Source: a virus. Taken from it: 64,000 nucleotides of DNA. The notes beneath the pieces were generated by a model that saw only the letters and a program-made list of their open reading frames with translations, made no database searches and had not been told where the DNA came from. The stretch lies in IMG/VR virus record IMGVR_UViG_3300027917_000024, positions 1 to 64,000 of that record. One strand, given 5' to 3'. Every line of letters begins with the position of its first letter. Position 1 is the first letter of the stretch. Both the position numbers and the translations under genes were made by a program. Below are positions 17,750-27,120 of the stretch, one piece after another.

Positions 17750-17834
17750 AGCCTAGGGAGAGATTCGAACTCCCGATGGACTTACGTCTGAGGCTTACAA
17801 AACCCCTGCTCTCGACCACTAAAGCGACCTAGGC
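17750..17834 (-). tRNA. tRNA with UGU (Thr) anticodon and a long variable arm
   Basis: perfect GCCUAGG/CCUAGGC acceptor; GGGGU-UUUGUAA-GCCUC arm; V-arm GAC-GUAA-GUC; UUCGAAU. Confidence 0.8.
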
Positions 17835-17835
17835 A

Positions 17836-18759
17836 TTAAAATCCAAACTGTCCTGTATCCACCCACTCCATACTAATTAATGACCAGAAATCTAATGCTA
17901 GCTTATCCTCCGTATAAGCATATGGAAGCCATCCATAACCAGCTTCTCCCCATCCCCTCCCCCAACTATTCAGGAACTTTATAGCTCCCTTACTGGTTGC
18001 CCTTGTCTTTTCATCTTTTATAACAAGATTATCATCATATCCCACCGCCAACACAGCATGCCCACCAATACAAGCATCCTTTTTATTAGGATACGGAATC
18101 TTCCCACCACCACCATCCTTATAATTCTCAAAAACATAAAATCCAAACATAGATGGCATTCCGGCTGCAAGATATTTCTTTACTGAATAAAGAACTGCAC
18201 TTCCTTTCTTATCCAGTTTTACAGGATCATGAGAAAAATATGTCAAAGCTTCCCAGTTATCAGCTAATCCGTATATAAATGGGCCTGGAGCCTTGTCAAA
18301 TCCCTTGATAGAATATTTAAAATATTGCTCTGGAGGCACCCCAAACAATACCAAAGCCCCCATTGTACTTCTGAGATAAGCTCCTGTATCACCATGATCG
18401 ACACCTATAAGCCACCGTGTAACCTTATAAACAAATCTACGAGAACCCAAAATTGACTTCCCAAAAGCTTTTTCCTGATAGTATTCAACCATAGACGTTG
18501 CGGCATGAGCAGTACAAGATCCAAGTTTCCCTTGATCCTTGACAGTAGTAATCCACTTACCGAGATCAACTTTTTCGGGGAGAGGTGCTGGATCAGAACC
18601 TAACGGTATTCCCATCTTCTCAACTTGGCTCTTTATATCCAGCTCAGTATAGTCTCGTAAATCTGGGTATGACCGTAACCAACCCGTACCAAAAACTTTT
18701 TCAGCTTCTACATCTTCAATCCTGTGTGTTAATAATGACATACTTGATCCTCCTCTCAT
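17836..18759 (-). CDS. papain-family (C1A) cysteine peptidase
   Basis: DQGKLGSCTA (Gln/Cys), GGHAVLAVGYD (His), NSWG..WG..GY (Asn). Confidence 0.93.
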   Translation of the reverse strand: MRGGSSMSLLTHRIEDVEAEKVFGTGWLRSYPDLRDYTELDIKSQVEKMGIPLGSDPAPLPEKVDLGKWITTVKDQGKLGSCTAHAATSMVEYYQEKAFGKSILGSRRFVYKVTRWLIGVDHGDTGAYLRSTMGALVLFGVPPEQYFKYSIKGFDKAPGPFIYGLADNWEALTYFSHDPVKLDKKGSAVLYSVKKYLAAGMPSMFGFYVFENYKDGGGGKIPYPNKKDACIGGHAVLAVGYDDNLVIKDEKTRATSKGAIKFLNSWGRGWGEAGYGWLPYAYTEDKLALDFWSLISMEWVDTGQFGF

Positions 18760-18767
18760 TGTGGTTG

Positions 18768-18844
18768 TGGCGGGAATGAAGGGATTCGAACCCTCGACTT
18801 CCTGATCGACAGTCAGGTACGCTAGGCCGCTGCGTCACATTCCC
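18768..18844 (-). tRNA. tRNA-Asp(GUC)
   Basis: CCUGA-CUGUCGA-UCAGG arm, GCCA end. Confidence 0.9.
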
Positions 18845-19311
18845 TGGCTATTATTCAAAGCTCTATTTTTCTCTTCTTCCCAATCCTTATGATAAATATA
18901 CCCAAACTGATACACTATAAAATCAAGTAGATGGGTAAGCCCTTCCACTTTATCTTCAAGCTCTCGTATCTGCTGCTCTTGCTTCATTAACTGTGTGGTA
19001 GGATTAACTCTCAAAACTGGAACACTTTCTCTGGTCATCATACTCTCCCCTACTGGATCTGGAACTGGAACTGGAATTTGATGAAGAAGAACTACTAGTT
19101 CCAGTTCAAGCTCTAAATCGAGTAGTAGTTCTTCTTCATCAAGTTCCAGAGAATCTTTTTTATACCCCACTGTCTTTGCATATCTAAATCTATACCCACC
19201 AAGGACAGGATCTGATTTTCGCATAGCTTTAGACACAATAGTTTGTGGAATATTTAAATCATGTGAAATCTGTTTAATAGTATAATATCGTTTAATAAAC
19301 TTCCCTTTCAT
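18835..19311 (-). CDS. hypothetical protein with N-terminal HTH-like segment
   Basis: YTIKQISHDLNIPQTIVSKAM. Confidence 0.45.
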   Translation of the reverse strand: MKGKFIKRYYTIKQISHDLNIPQTIVSKAMRKSDPVLGGYRFRYAKTVGYKKDSLELDEEELLLDLELELELVVLLHQIPVPVPDPVGESMMTRESVPVLRVNPTTQLMKQEQQIRELEDKVEGLTHLLDFIVYQFGYIYHKDWEEEKNRALNNSQGM

Positions 19312-19325
19312 ATATTTTTACTATT

Positions 19326-19697
19326 TCAATTGCTACAAGTGCTTTGGAATACTTCGTCACACTGGTGTGAAGGCACATCTATATAGTCGCACCCCCGTTG
19401 ACGACATAAAGTTTCACAAGTCGTCTGACATCGTAAAATTTGGTGTGTAAAACTCCAGCAGTTAGCACAATGCCCCTCACAAATACCGGCACAGGAACCA
19501 CTACTTCCCCTGTATCCATCATCGTAGCTTCCCCCGTAATAGCCTCCATACTCACCACAGCCACTCAAAACAGAGGCTATGATCATAAAGAGGAATACAA
19601 AAAGTAAAATTAACAACCCTAACATCATCAAAAACGCTAGCCTGTCTTTGATTTTGGCAAGCATCTTCTCATCTCCTTGTCTAGGTAATCGACTCAT
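19326..19697 (-). CDS. Cys-rich putative lipoprotein
   Basis: hydrophobic helix followed by lipobox-like LSGC; many further cysteines. Confidence 0.55.
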   Translation of the reverse strand: MSRLPRQGDEKMLAKIKDRLAFLMMLGLLILLFVFLFMIIASVLSGCGEYGGYYGGSYDDGYRGSSGSCAGICEGHCANCWSFTHQILRCQTTCETLCRQRGCDYIDVPSHQCDEVFQSTCSN

Positions 19698-19708
19698 ACT
19701 TTACTCCA

Positions 19709-20013
19709 CTATTTACTACACTTACAAAATGGATCCAGCTTTACACAATAGACTTGTCCAACCACCGCACCAGCACACAGTTCCTTATGGTAACTCCTAT
19801 CATTCTGATCACAGCTCCACAATGACTTGCCGTAGCCTTCAAAATGTGCTATAATATGCTTTTCTGTCCTGCTCGCACAGCCCCCAGAACTCGTCCTCAC
19901 ATCCAGTTCAAAGTCAGTAAGCTTTGCCTTCTTCACACACTCGCAGCAATTCCACTCCGAGCATGTAGGAGCAAGAAGGAATGGCAGCAGTAAAAAATAG
20001 CAAGGATTTTCAT
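19709..20013 (-). pseudogene. Cys-rich secreted protein gene frameshifted in a T6 tract
   Basis: ATG at 20013 with GGGAG RBS; one extra T at 19992-19997 joins MKILAIFLLLPFLLAPTC to the 19709-19936 ORF. Confidence 0.5.
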
Positions 20014-20033
20014 GTTATCTCCCTTTCTTTTGA

Positions 20034-20116
20034 TGCAGGTGGAGGGAATCGAACCCCCAATCCCGAAGGCACACGGGCCTAAACCGTGCCTGTATCCCTA
20101 GTTCCAGCACACCTGC
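20034..20116 (-). tRNA. tRNA-Leu(UAG)
   Basis: CACGG-UUUAGGC-CCGUG arm, variable arm, A73. Confidence 0.88.
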
Positions 20117-20790
20117 ATAAATCATATGGCGTATAGTGCCCAAACAACTCATATAGTATCGGCTCATCTATAAAGCATCCAAATAGCAAAAATACATACA
20201 GCACCTAAAGTCCCATAGCAGATCACAACAGCAAGATTTTCCATGCTAATCTCCTTTATCAGCTGGTACTCTTTTCAAATGCTGCAATAAAAATATAAGA
20301 TCGTCTATGTCCTCAAAATTGAAGTCCCAACACATCCCTGCAGTATCATCTTTATCACCAGGAAAAGGATACCAAATACAGCAGCCGACCTTCCCTTTGT
20401 ACTCTATCTTATCCCCTCTAATGTTCCCTTGCTTGTATATATGAAACTTATCTTTCTTTTTCACCTGTACCATCAATCATCCTCCATTGAGTACTTAACA
20501 ACCACATGCTTCGGATTACCACAACCGCACATAAGAGTCTTCAATGGAACTTCCTCTCGCTTCTCAAAAATGTATTCCTTCCCACAAGGCATCCCAATTT
20601 TAAGTACAGGACATTTCAAATCCCGGTCACCATCCAAAAGCATATCCACTAAAATATTTCGATGCACCGCATGAATACCTACAAATTCTCCTAAGTCTTC
20701 TCCTTCAACTAGGTCTATTATTGCCTCCTTCTCAATATGATCTGTAGTTTTCTCCTCCATTTTATTCCTCCATGAGTTTACCACACAGTT

Positions 20791-20864
20791 TCGGGATGGG
20801 GTGATTTGAACACCCGACTCCCTGCGCCCAAGGCAGGTGCTCTTCCAGGCTGAGCTACACCCCG
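20791..20864 (-). tRNA. tRNA-Pro(UGG)
   Basis: CGGGGUG start, CCUGC-CUUGGGC-GCAGG arm. Confidence 0.9.
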
Positions 20865-21307
20865 TTAAAATCCTTTCTCATCCTTTGCATATCATCATCC
20901 CACCCAGATATATCGTAGTAGCCTAACTTACAATAAAGCCGTCGAGCACTCCAATTATTATCTCTAACATACAAAGCAGAGTACATACACCCTCTATCAC
21001 GAGCTCTACCTTCGAGAGTTGCAAGCAATCTAGATGCTACACCATTCCTTCTGAACGCTGGAACAACAGAGACATCCTGTACCTGCAAACTCTTCTTCCG
21101 TTTCCCATTATAAACAACTCCTACAGCCTTCCCTATTATTTGGTTACATATTTCCGCCTTCAAAACAATCGCACAGGGATTTCTAAGCCTTCTCACAAAA
21201 CTTTGCCTATCCCACTGCCCCATATACCGAAATGCCTTCTCCTCTACTGCCACTAATTCACAAACATCATTAAGAGTTGCCTCCCTTATATGTACTCTTC
21301 TTTCCAT
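20855..21307 (-). CDS. GNAT family N-acetyltransferase (RimI-like)
   Basis: VSVVPAFRRNGVASRLL, N..ARRLY.KLGY; ATG 21307 has a GGAGG RBS. Confidence 0.85.
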   Translation of the reverse strand: MERRVHIREATLNDVCELVAVEEKAFRYMGQWDRQSFVRRLRNPCAIVLKAEICNQIIGKAVGVVYNGKRKKSLQVQDVSVVPAFRRNGVASRLLATLEGRARDRGCMYSALYVRDNNWSARRLYCKLGYYDISGWDDDMQRMRKDFNGV

Positions 21308-21776
21308 CGCTCCTCCCTTTCTTGCTCTTTTTAACACTTGTACTAATCTTATCATCGCAAGCAGCAGTTCTATTCTCACCTAAAGCAACCTTGTTGTTCC
21401 AGCGTTCAGAACTTCTACGTAGCCGCACCCTCTCACGATTCTCTGCGTACCATTTCTTGAAGTAAGCAGCGATCCTTTCTCTATTCCTTCTACGATATCT
21501 CTTAGCATATTCCCTGATCTTATCCTGATTCTTTAACCTGTATTCAGCTTGTTTCAACAGCCTAGTTTCTCTATGCTTTATATGTACAAACTTGGAACAT
21601 TCGTAACAGTATTTGTACTTTCGATTTCTAACACTGCACCCAGAATCTCGGAAGTCATGACCACGTCCACAAAGCGATCCAAGATTCCACACTTCTGGAT
21701 TATAGCCATGTATCATCAACAGCCTCTTTTCCTCCGCTTCACTATACGGAGAATACTTTTTCTTCTCTTTCTTCAT
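21270..21776 (-). CDS. basic Zn-binding hypothetical protein
   Basis: CGRGH...CYEC followed by K/R/Y helical repeats; start moved to 21776 to avoid the tRNA-Val overlap. Confidence 0.55.
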   Translation of the reverse strand: MKKEKKKYSPYSEAEEKRLLMIHGYNPEVWNLGSLCGRGHDFRDSGCSVRNRKYKYCYECSKFVHIKHRETRLLKQAEYRLKNQDKIREYAKRYRRRNRERIAAYFKKWYAENRERVRLRRSSERWNNKVALGENRTAACDDKISTSVKKSKKGRSDGKKSTYKGGNS

Positions 21777-21796
21777 TTTACCTTTCCTCCTTTTTC

Positions 21797-21872
21797 TGGT
21801 AGACGAGATAGGATTCGAACCTACGATCCCTTGCTTGTAAGGCAAGTGCTTTAACCACTAAGCTACTCGTCT
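21797..21872 (-). tRNA. tRNA-Val(UAC)
   Basis: CUUGC-CUUACAA-GCAAG arm, ACCA end. Confidence 0.92.
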
Positions 21873-22132
21873 GTTTTTACATACTTCCAGGTAGTATTTC
21901 TTCCTAGTTTTTCCTCCTTAGTTTTTCGTATATCCAGTTTTGTAACAATTACTTCTACGTCCACTTCCCACTCATGCCACGTATCACATTTATCACATAC
22001 AGCATAGAATATACCAACTTCGTGTGGTTCCAATGTTTTAAGTTCACACGGGCCGTCCTTACTTTGAAAATTTTCTAGTTCCACTCCACAACTGCAAGTA
22101 GCCTTATAATCCACGTAATCGAACATGCCCAT
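21863..22132 (-). CDS. phage Zn-binding hypothetical protein
   Basis: MGMFD...CSCG...FQSKD..C; CDKC. Confidence 0.6.
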   Translation of the reverse strand: MGMFDYVDYKATCSCGVELENFQSKDGPCELKTLEPHEVGIFYAVCDKCDTWHEWEVDVEVIVTKLDIRKTKEEKLGRNTTWKYVKTDE

Positions 22133-22388
22133 AGTTTATTATCTCTTAACTTTCCCCATTAGTATAATCTTCTCACACCTTCTCTTTCGATAATGCCTGA
22201 GCCAATCTAGAGCTCGCCTCTTTTACGAGACGATTATACCACTCTTCAACTCCGTCATGTCGGCGGCACACAACTTTAAAGGGATCCGGTATGCTCCTAT
22301 GATAAACCCACTTGTCTGAAGCCTTCTCCTTCAACATCTTCTTACAGATAAAACACTGTACTTCCGCCTCCTTCGAAATTTCAGCCAT

Positions 22389-22943
22389 TTACCTAGCCTT
22401 CCCCGGTTTCTTCCGTCTTTTTACTGGAACTCTCTTCATTTTCATCTTTGCCTCTCTCTCCAACCAATTATACATCATAAGACTGGTTCTGACACTGTAG
22501 AAGTTATCGAGCTTCTCCTTCTCGTATAGTACATCTTTGAACTCATCCGTCTCTCTAATAGCCTCAGCCTCTATTCCAATCTTTCTCATCTTCTTGTAAT
22601 TAAATCCTGATCGGACCCATTCCATAACATATGTCACATAAAACCCTACCGATCCTTGAGGCATCGTTTTTTGTTGTGCTACGTGAACAAGCTCATGATG
22701 TATAAGTAATGCCTGAAAATATCTATTACTAGAATCATAAACAGAATCATCGATAAGTATAAGATCTTCATGAAAAGTAATCCCTAAATGCCAAAACCAA
22801 GTAACCTTATAGAATTCTACTTCATCATATAACTCAACAGGCATAAATCCCCTAAATTCATGCCCGTACTTATCAAGATACTCCCTAATTCTTTCATCTG
22901 GGTACCATCTGTCCATATGTTTTGACCCCACTAGGCATATCAC
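22389..22943 (-). CDS. HExxH protein (DUF4157-like)
   Basis: GITF...LIHHELVHVAQ...EAEA. Confidence 0.6.
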   Translation of the reverse strand: MICLVGSKHMDRWYPDERIREYLDKYGHEFRGFMPVELYDEVEFYKVTWFWHLGITFHEDLILIDDSVYDSSNRYFQALLIHHELVHVAQQKTMPQGSVGFYVTYVMEWVRSGFNYKKMRKIGIEAEAIRETDEFKDVLYEKEKLDNFYSVRTSLMMYNWLEREAKMKMKRVPVKRRKKPGKAR

Positions 22944-22987
22944 AATTGCTCAGAATGGGATCAGTTACTAGCCCCGTTAGTTGTTGT

Positions 22988-23061
22988 TGGGCGTGGTGGG
23001 AGTCGGACCCACAAAACCGGGAGCTTAAATCCCGTACCTATACCAATTCGGTTACACGCCC
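22988..23061 (-). tRNA. tRNA-Leu(UAA) with short variable loop
   Basis: GGGCGUG/CACGCCC acceptor, CGGGA-UUUAAGC-UCCCG arm, T-loop UCCGACU. Confidence 0.8.
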
Positions 23062-23435
23062 TTCTTTTTCGTCTTCGTTTTCTCCACTGACAAAAACCCG
23101 AGTTCACTTAAATATTTAAAATCCCGTATACAAACTACTGGTGCGAATCTCTTTCTGTATTCATCTGTATCCTTAGGAATTGAATCTCCTTCCTTCATGC
23201 CTTCCATCTTAAGATCCGATATAATATGTAACCTAGCAGCTGCGGCGGCCCCATCTCCCCACATCTGTCTTACAATCTCAATCCCTTCCTTATTATGTAA
23301 TACGTCCCGGTGCATTGGATCGAAGCTACCATCAGCCAACCATGCATACTGATCAAGATATCGATGTACATGCTCATACGTCTCACCAAACTTCATTAGA
23401 CTCTCGGCCATATGCTCCGATAGTTTCATGGCCAT
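23052..23435 (-). CDS. His-rich conserved phage protein (DUF6915-like)
   Basis: H.....FG....VHRYLD....HR..LH..EG....HI.SD pattern. Confidence 0.55.
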   Translation of the reverse strand: MAMKLSEHMAESLMKFGETYEHVHRYLDQYAWLADGSFDPMHRDVLHNKEGIEIVRQMWGDGAAAAARLHIISDLKMEGMKEGDSIPKDTDEYRKRFAPVVCIRDFKYLSELGFLSVEKTKTKKKGV

Positions 23436-23697
23436 CAGTCCTTTGGGAACCGCAAATTAAATGGACGATCCTTCACCAGATTTGGAACCTCATCAAAATC
23501 CCGTTTACCAGCATCGCCCATCTTTTTTTCTTCCATACCTTTTCTCCCTATACGATTTACCAACCAAACACCACCGCCACCATCTCTAATCGCACCTGCA
23601 GCAACAGGGCTTCCCAGGCTATACCGCTAGTCTGCTGAATCAGGTCAATCAATCGATCCGTCTCCATCACAACCCCCCTTTTTAGTCAAAGTGACTA

Positions 23698-23973
23698 CTA
23701 ATCACCCGTCTCCTTGCCTTCCAGGGCCTCACGGGCAGCAACAAAAATGCCTTCTTCGCCTGTATTGTCTCTTACGTATTCCAACGCTTCCCGCAGCCTG
23801 TCCCGTTCGGCCTCAAGTGCATTACTTTTGTCTATCGCCACGGCCATCGTTACGTCCTGTGTCCGTAGCTGTTCCTGCGCCTCGGCAAGGTCGGCCTCGG
23901 CCTTCTCTACTCTCTGTTGCCAGCTTTCAAGGGCTTTCCAGATGTGATCGTAGTCACTCATCAGATCCTCCAA
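23698..23973 (-). CDS. coiled-coil phage protein
   Basis: KAEADLAEA, LEAERDRLREAL. Confidence 0.55.
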   Translation of the reverse strand: MEDLMSDYDHIWKALESWQQRVEKAEADLAEAQEQLRTQDVTMAVAIDKSNALEAERDRLREALEYVRDNTGEEGIFVAAREALEGKETGD

Positions 23974-24413
23974 TCTTCAATATCAACCAACCCAAAAACA
24001 CCCAATACCCGCAATAAGCGAGTACAAACGCCCACTCCCACAATCCGATTGACGGATCACTCATGGCTCACCCCCATCTTATTTCAGCCATTTTGGTTTG
24101 TCGCATACATCGAAATAAATAGCATCGTCATCGTGAACTTCTTCAAGGCGGTTTTCCAAACGCTTGATATAGGCCAGGAGGTCGCTGGCCTTCCCCTGCT
24201 CGGGGACAAAGCTCAGCATCAGCTCGAGGCCCGTCATGGTCCGGCTTCCCAAATACTCCAGCTCCTCTTTAGTCGGTAGACTCATTTGTATCCCCCCCCT
24301 TTTTTTTGCTCATGACTACTCCTTTCCCTTAATCAGTTCTTCCTCCTCTTTGGTGAGGCTGAGATTCCTCTGTGTCAGCTTGCTTGGTTCCACTCTTCTC
24401 GGGGTTCCGTTTT

Positions 24414-25133
24414 TCAGGTTGGTAAAAGAAGGATTCGCCTAAGTGTGGCAAGCTCGGCCTCAAGCAGAAGAATTTTGTTTATCGCTTGTATGTGATCCTC
24501 TCTTGCGGCACTTGTCTCGGCCTCGGCCTTCTCTAGTTTCCCAAGCAACTCCTCGGCCTGGGCCTTGTAGTAGTCCCGCTCTGCCCGTAGACAACCGATT
24601 TCCTCATAGAATGCATCTGCTTGTCGGTCAAATTCCTTGGCATCTGCTTTCCAACCGGCAAGCTCGGCCTTAATTCGCCGTATTTCTTTTGCATCTGATA
24701 GACTCGGTTCCCCCGTATCTCGACACTGCCTATCGTCTCCAATGGCGTTGCCAATGCCATCACGATAATGCTTGAGGCGTTGCTGCGCCTCGGCAAGCTC
24801 GGCCTCGGTTTTCTCCCATCCATCCCATGCGCTTTCTAGCCATTCCTCAAAGAATTTACATTCCCGTTTCGCCTCGGCAAGCTCGGCCTTGCGTTGGTCG
24901 TTTTCTCCGTCATAGATCACAATTTGCTCTCCAAGAAGTTTGACGTTATCCCGCATCTCGACAAGCTCGGCCTCAAGCAGAAGAATTTTGTTTATCGCTT
25001 GTATGTGATCCTCTCTTGCGGCACTTGTCTCGGCCTCGGCCTTCTGTGCTCTCTGTCGCCACTTTACGGTTTCTTTGATCGGTGGTGCCCCGCAATGTTC
25101 ACAATGTGGCATGAGTCTATCGGATTCCGTCAC
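24414..25133 (-). CDS. modular coiled-coil phage protein with internal repeats
   Basis: KAEAETSAAREDHIQAINKILLLEAEL twice; repeated AELA linkers. Confidence 0.65.
   Translation of the reverse strand: MTESDRLMPHCEHCGAPPIKETVKWRQRAQKAEAETSAAREDHIQAINKILLLEAELVEMRDNVKLLGEQIVIYDGENDQRKAELAEAKRECKFFEEWLESAWDGWEKTEAELAEAQQRLKHYRDGIGNAIGDDRQCRDTGEPSLSDAKEIRRIKAELAGWKADAKEFDRQADAFYEEIGCLRAERDYYKAQAEELLGKLEKAEAETSAAREDHIQAINKILLLEAELATLRRILLLPT
24449..25045. repeat. 84-bp exact direct repeat (24449-24532 and 24962-25045)
   Basis: caagctcggcctcaagcagaag...cggcctcggccttct present twice. Confidence 0.9.
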
Positions 25134-25637
25134 GGCTCACCCCTTTCCAATCTGTAACACGGACCAATATACTCAGCCATCAATAGATTTGTTCCAAAAA
25201 TTTGCTCTATCTCGGCAAACGATTCAGCCGCAACATATACTATCTCATCATCACACTTAGCATATTTACCATTAGCAAATTGAGTGGTTGTTTTTAGGGC
25301 ATTGGTGGTTTTTACCCGTACTTTGTAGCAAAAGTGTGACACAATCTTACTCATATTCCTCCCTTGTATCCTTCAGCTCAATCAAAAGTGCTATTGCTAC
25401 CTACGCCGTAGCCTCCTTGAGCTTCTTTTTATAAGCTACCTCCGCCCTAGAAATCTCTGCCAGTACCCACCAGCTCCGATACATGTCATTCCACTTCTCA
25501 GGGCTCTTTCGCATATCCTCTGCTAAATCTTTGAGGAACTTTTTGAACTCAATCGGGTCATAAATCCAGCTCTTTTGATCCAGATCCAAAAACGGTAGTA
25601 TCACGATCTACCTCCTCCAAAATAAGTTAATTTTTTC

Positions 25638-26021
25638 TTGACTTTCTATTTTTCTTTTGATAACGTAATTTCTAATAACAACCCAAAACTTAGAAAACTG
25701 AAAGGATATATCATGCCTAAAAAACCTCGTAAAATAAGAAAGCCACAACCGAAACCATCTACCGCAATCCTAATCAAGAAAGACAACAATACCATCCGAA
25801 TACGTCACCAGCGATTTGATGGGTTCGACATCTATACAGCAGAAACAGTAAACGAGAAATTACTTTTTCATAAACCAGAAGATAAGCACATAATATTTGC
25901 CGATACATTCAAATTCCTCGGATCAAAGGAGAATCTGTGGCTGTGCGAAGATGTTACAAACGGTACAATCCACATCGCCCCCTTTGACCGGTTTGCTCAG
26001 TTAGATATGAATAAGACCTAA
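25638..26021 (+). CDS. hypothetical protein, isolated plus-strand gene
   Basis: likely start MPKKP after an AAGGA RBS. Confidence 0.5.
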   Translation: MTFYFSFDNVISNNNPKLRKLKGYIMPKKPRKIRKPQPKPSTAILIKKDNNTIRIRHQRFDGFDIYTAETVNEKLLFHKPEDKHIIFADTFKFLGSKENLWLCEDVTNGTIHIAPFDRFAQLDMNKT

Positions 26022-26045
26022 TAATTTTATTTACATCTCCGATCA

Positions 26046-26414
26046 TTACAGATCCTCGTTCAGGTACTGGATAATATAGTTCCCCTGTACATCTTTTATA
26101 GAAGTTTTAGGAATATCATCTATATCCTTAAACCTCACCAATGCCAATCCAGCCGTCCCATTGAAGTCGTGGATCAATAAAATACAGAGGAGATATTCAG
26201 CAGTACAAGTATCTCCTTTCAAGCTATATGTTATACTTTCGTATAATTCCTCATAAGAATCTAAGATTATGGGACCGTACCATTTCAAAGCACACACTCG
26301 ATTACACGTACCTGTAACTGAATCTTCTGTAATACCAAGATCCTTCACACCTAAACATCCTACAAAACCCAACAGCAAAACAATCACAAGGTATCGCATT
26401 GTACCCCCATTCAC
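26046..26414 (-). CDS. putative lipoprotein, tandem paralog 1
   Basis: signal peptide with FVGC; ends IIQYLNEDL. Confidence 0.65.
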   Translation of the reverse strand: MNGGTMRYLVIVLLLGFVGCLGVKDLGITEDSVTGTCNRVCALKWYGPIILDSYEELYESITYSLKGDTCTAEYLLCILLIHDFNGTAGLALVRFKDIDDIPKTSIKDVQGNYIIQYLNEDL

Positions 26415-26809
26415 AGATCCTCATTCAGATATTGAATAATACAATTCCCATACTCATCATTAAGAGACGTTCTAGGAATATCATTTACTGTATTGAACCT
26501 CACTACTTCCATCTCAATAGTCCCATTAGTATCGTATGTCAGCCAAATACAAAGTAGATCAGGAGCGACACAAGTATTAGGATCGTGTTGGATCAGCAGT
26601 GTGGTTATCAAGTCTTCATAACTCTCAAAAACAACACAACCGTACCATTCAATGCGGCACAACGACTTGAACTCGGATTCCTTAATACTTGGGTTCTTTA
26701 TGACAGGACAACCCAAAACACCCAAGAGCAAACATAGGACTATTTGAATGATTATAGCAATGCTAACAAAGCCTTTCTTATTTTCTTTTCCCATAAAATA
26801 CCTCCCCAC
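26411..26809 (-). CDS. putative lipoprotein, tandem paralog 2
   Basis: signal/TM with VLGC; C..WYG, LLCI, DIP.TS..D..GN.IIQYLNEDL shared with its neighbour. Confidence 0.65.
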   Translation of the reverse strand: MGRYFMGKENKKGFVSIAIIIQIVLCLLLGVLGCPVIKNPSIKESEFKSLCRIEWYGCVVFESYEDLITTLLIQHDPNTCVAPDLLCIWLTYDTNGTIEMEVVRFNTVNDIPRTSLNDEYGNCIIQYLNEDL

Positions 26810-27120
26810 CTGTTTATCTTATACATAAACCCATAGCACCCATTTGTCAAGAAAAAAATAAAAATTATTTTGGGACGAAATTTATAACAGTATTCTGAAT
26901 ATTAGTTAATTGCCGTGACACCCCTTGAAAGTGAGCCACTATCAACGTCCTCAAGTATGAGCCGTTCTATCTGCCCAATATTCAGATCTATGAAAAGCCC
27001 ATCAAGGAGTTTCCGCACTTCCAGACAGGTAGGACAAAGGATCACTCCCTTATAGTAGGGATCCTCATGTAGTTCGAGGATGAAAGGCTTTAAGCACTGA
27101 TTACAACGAATCTCAGTCAT

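Noticed and set aside
24449-25045. 84-bp repeat as a DGR template/variable pair or CRISPR
   Set aside because: The copies are identical, with no adenine-specific differences, and no reverse transcriptase is in the window.
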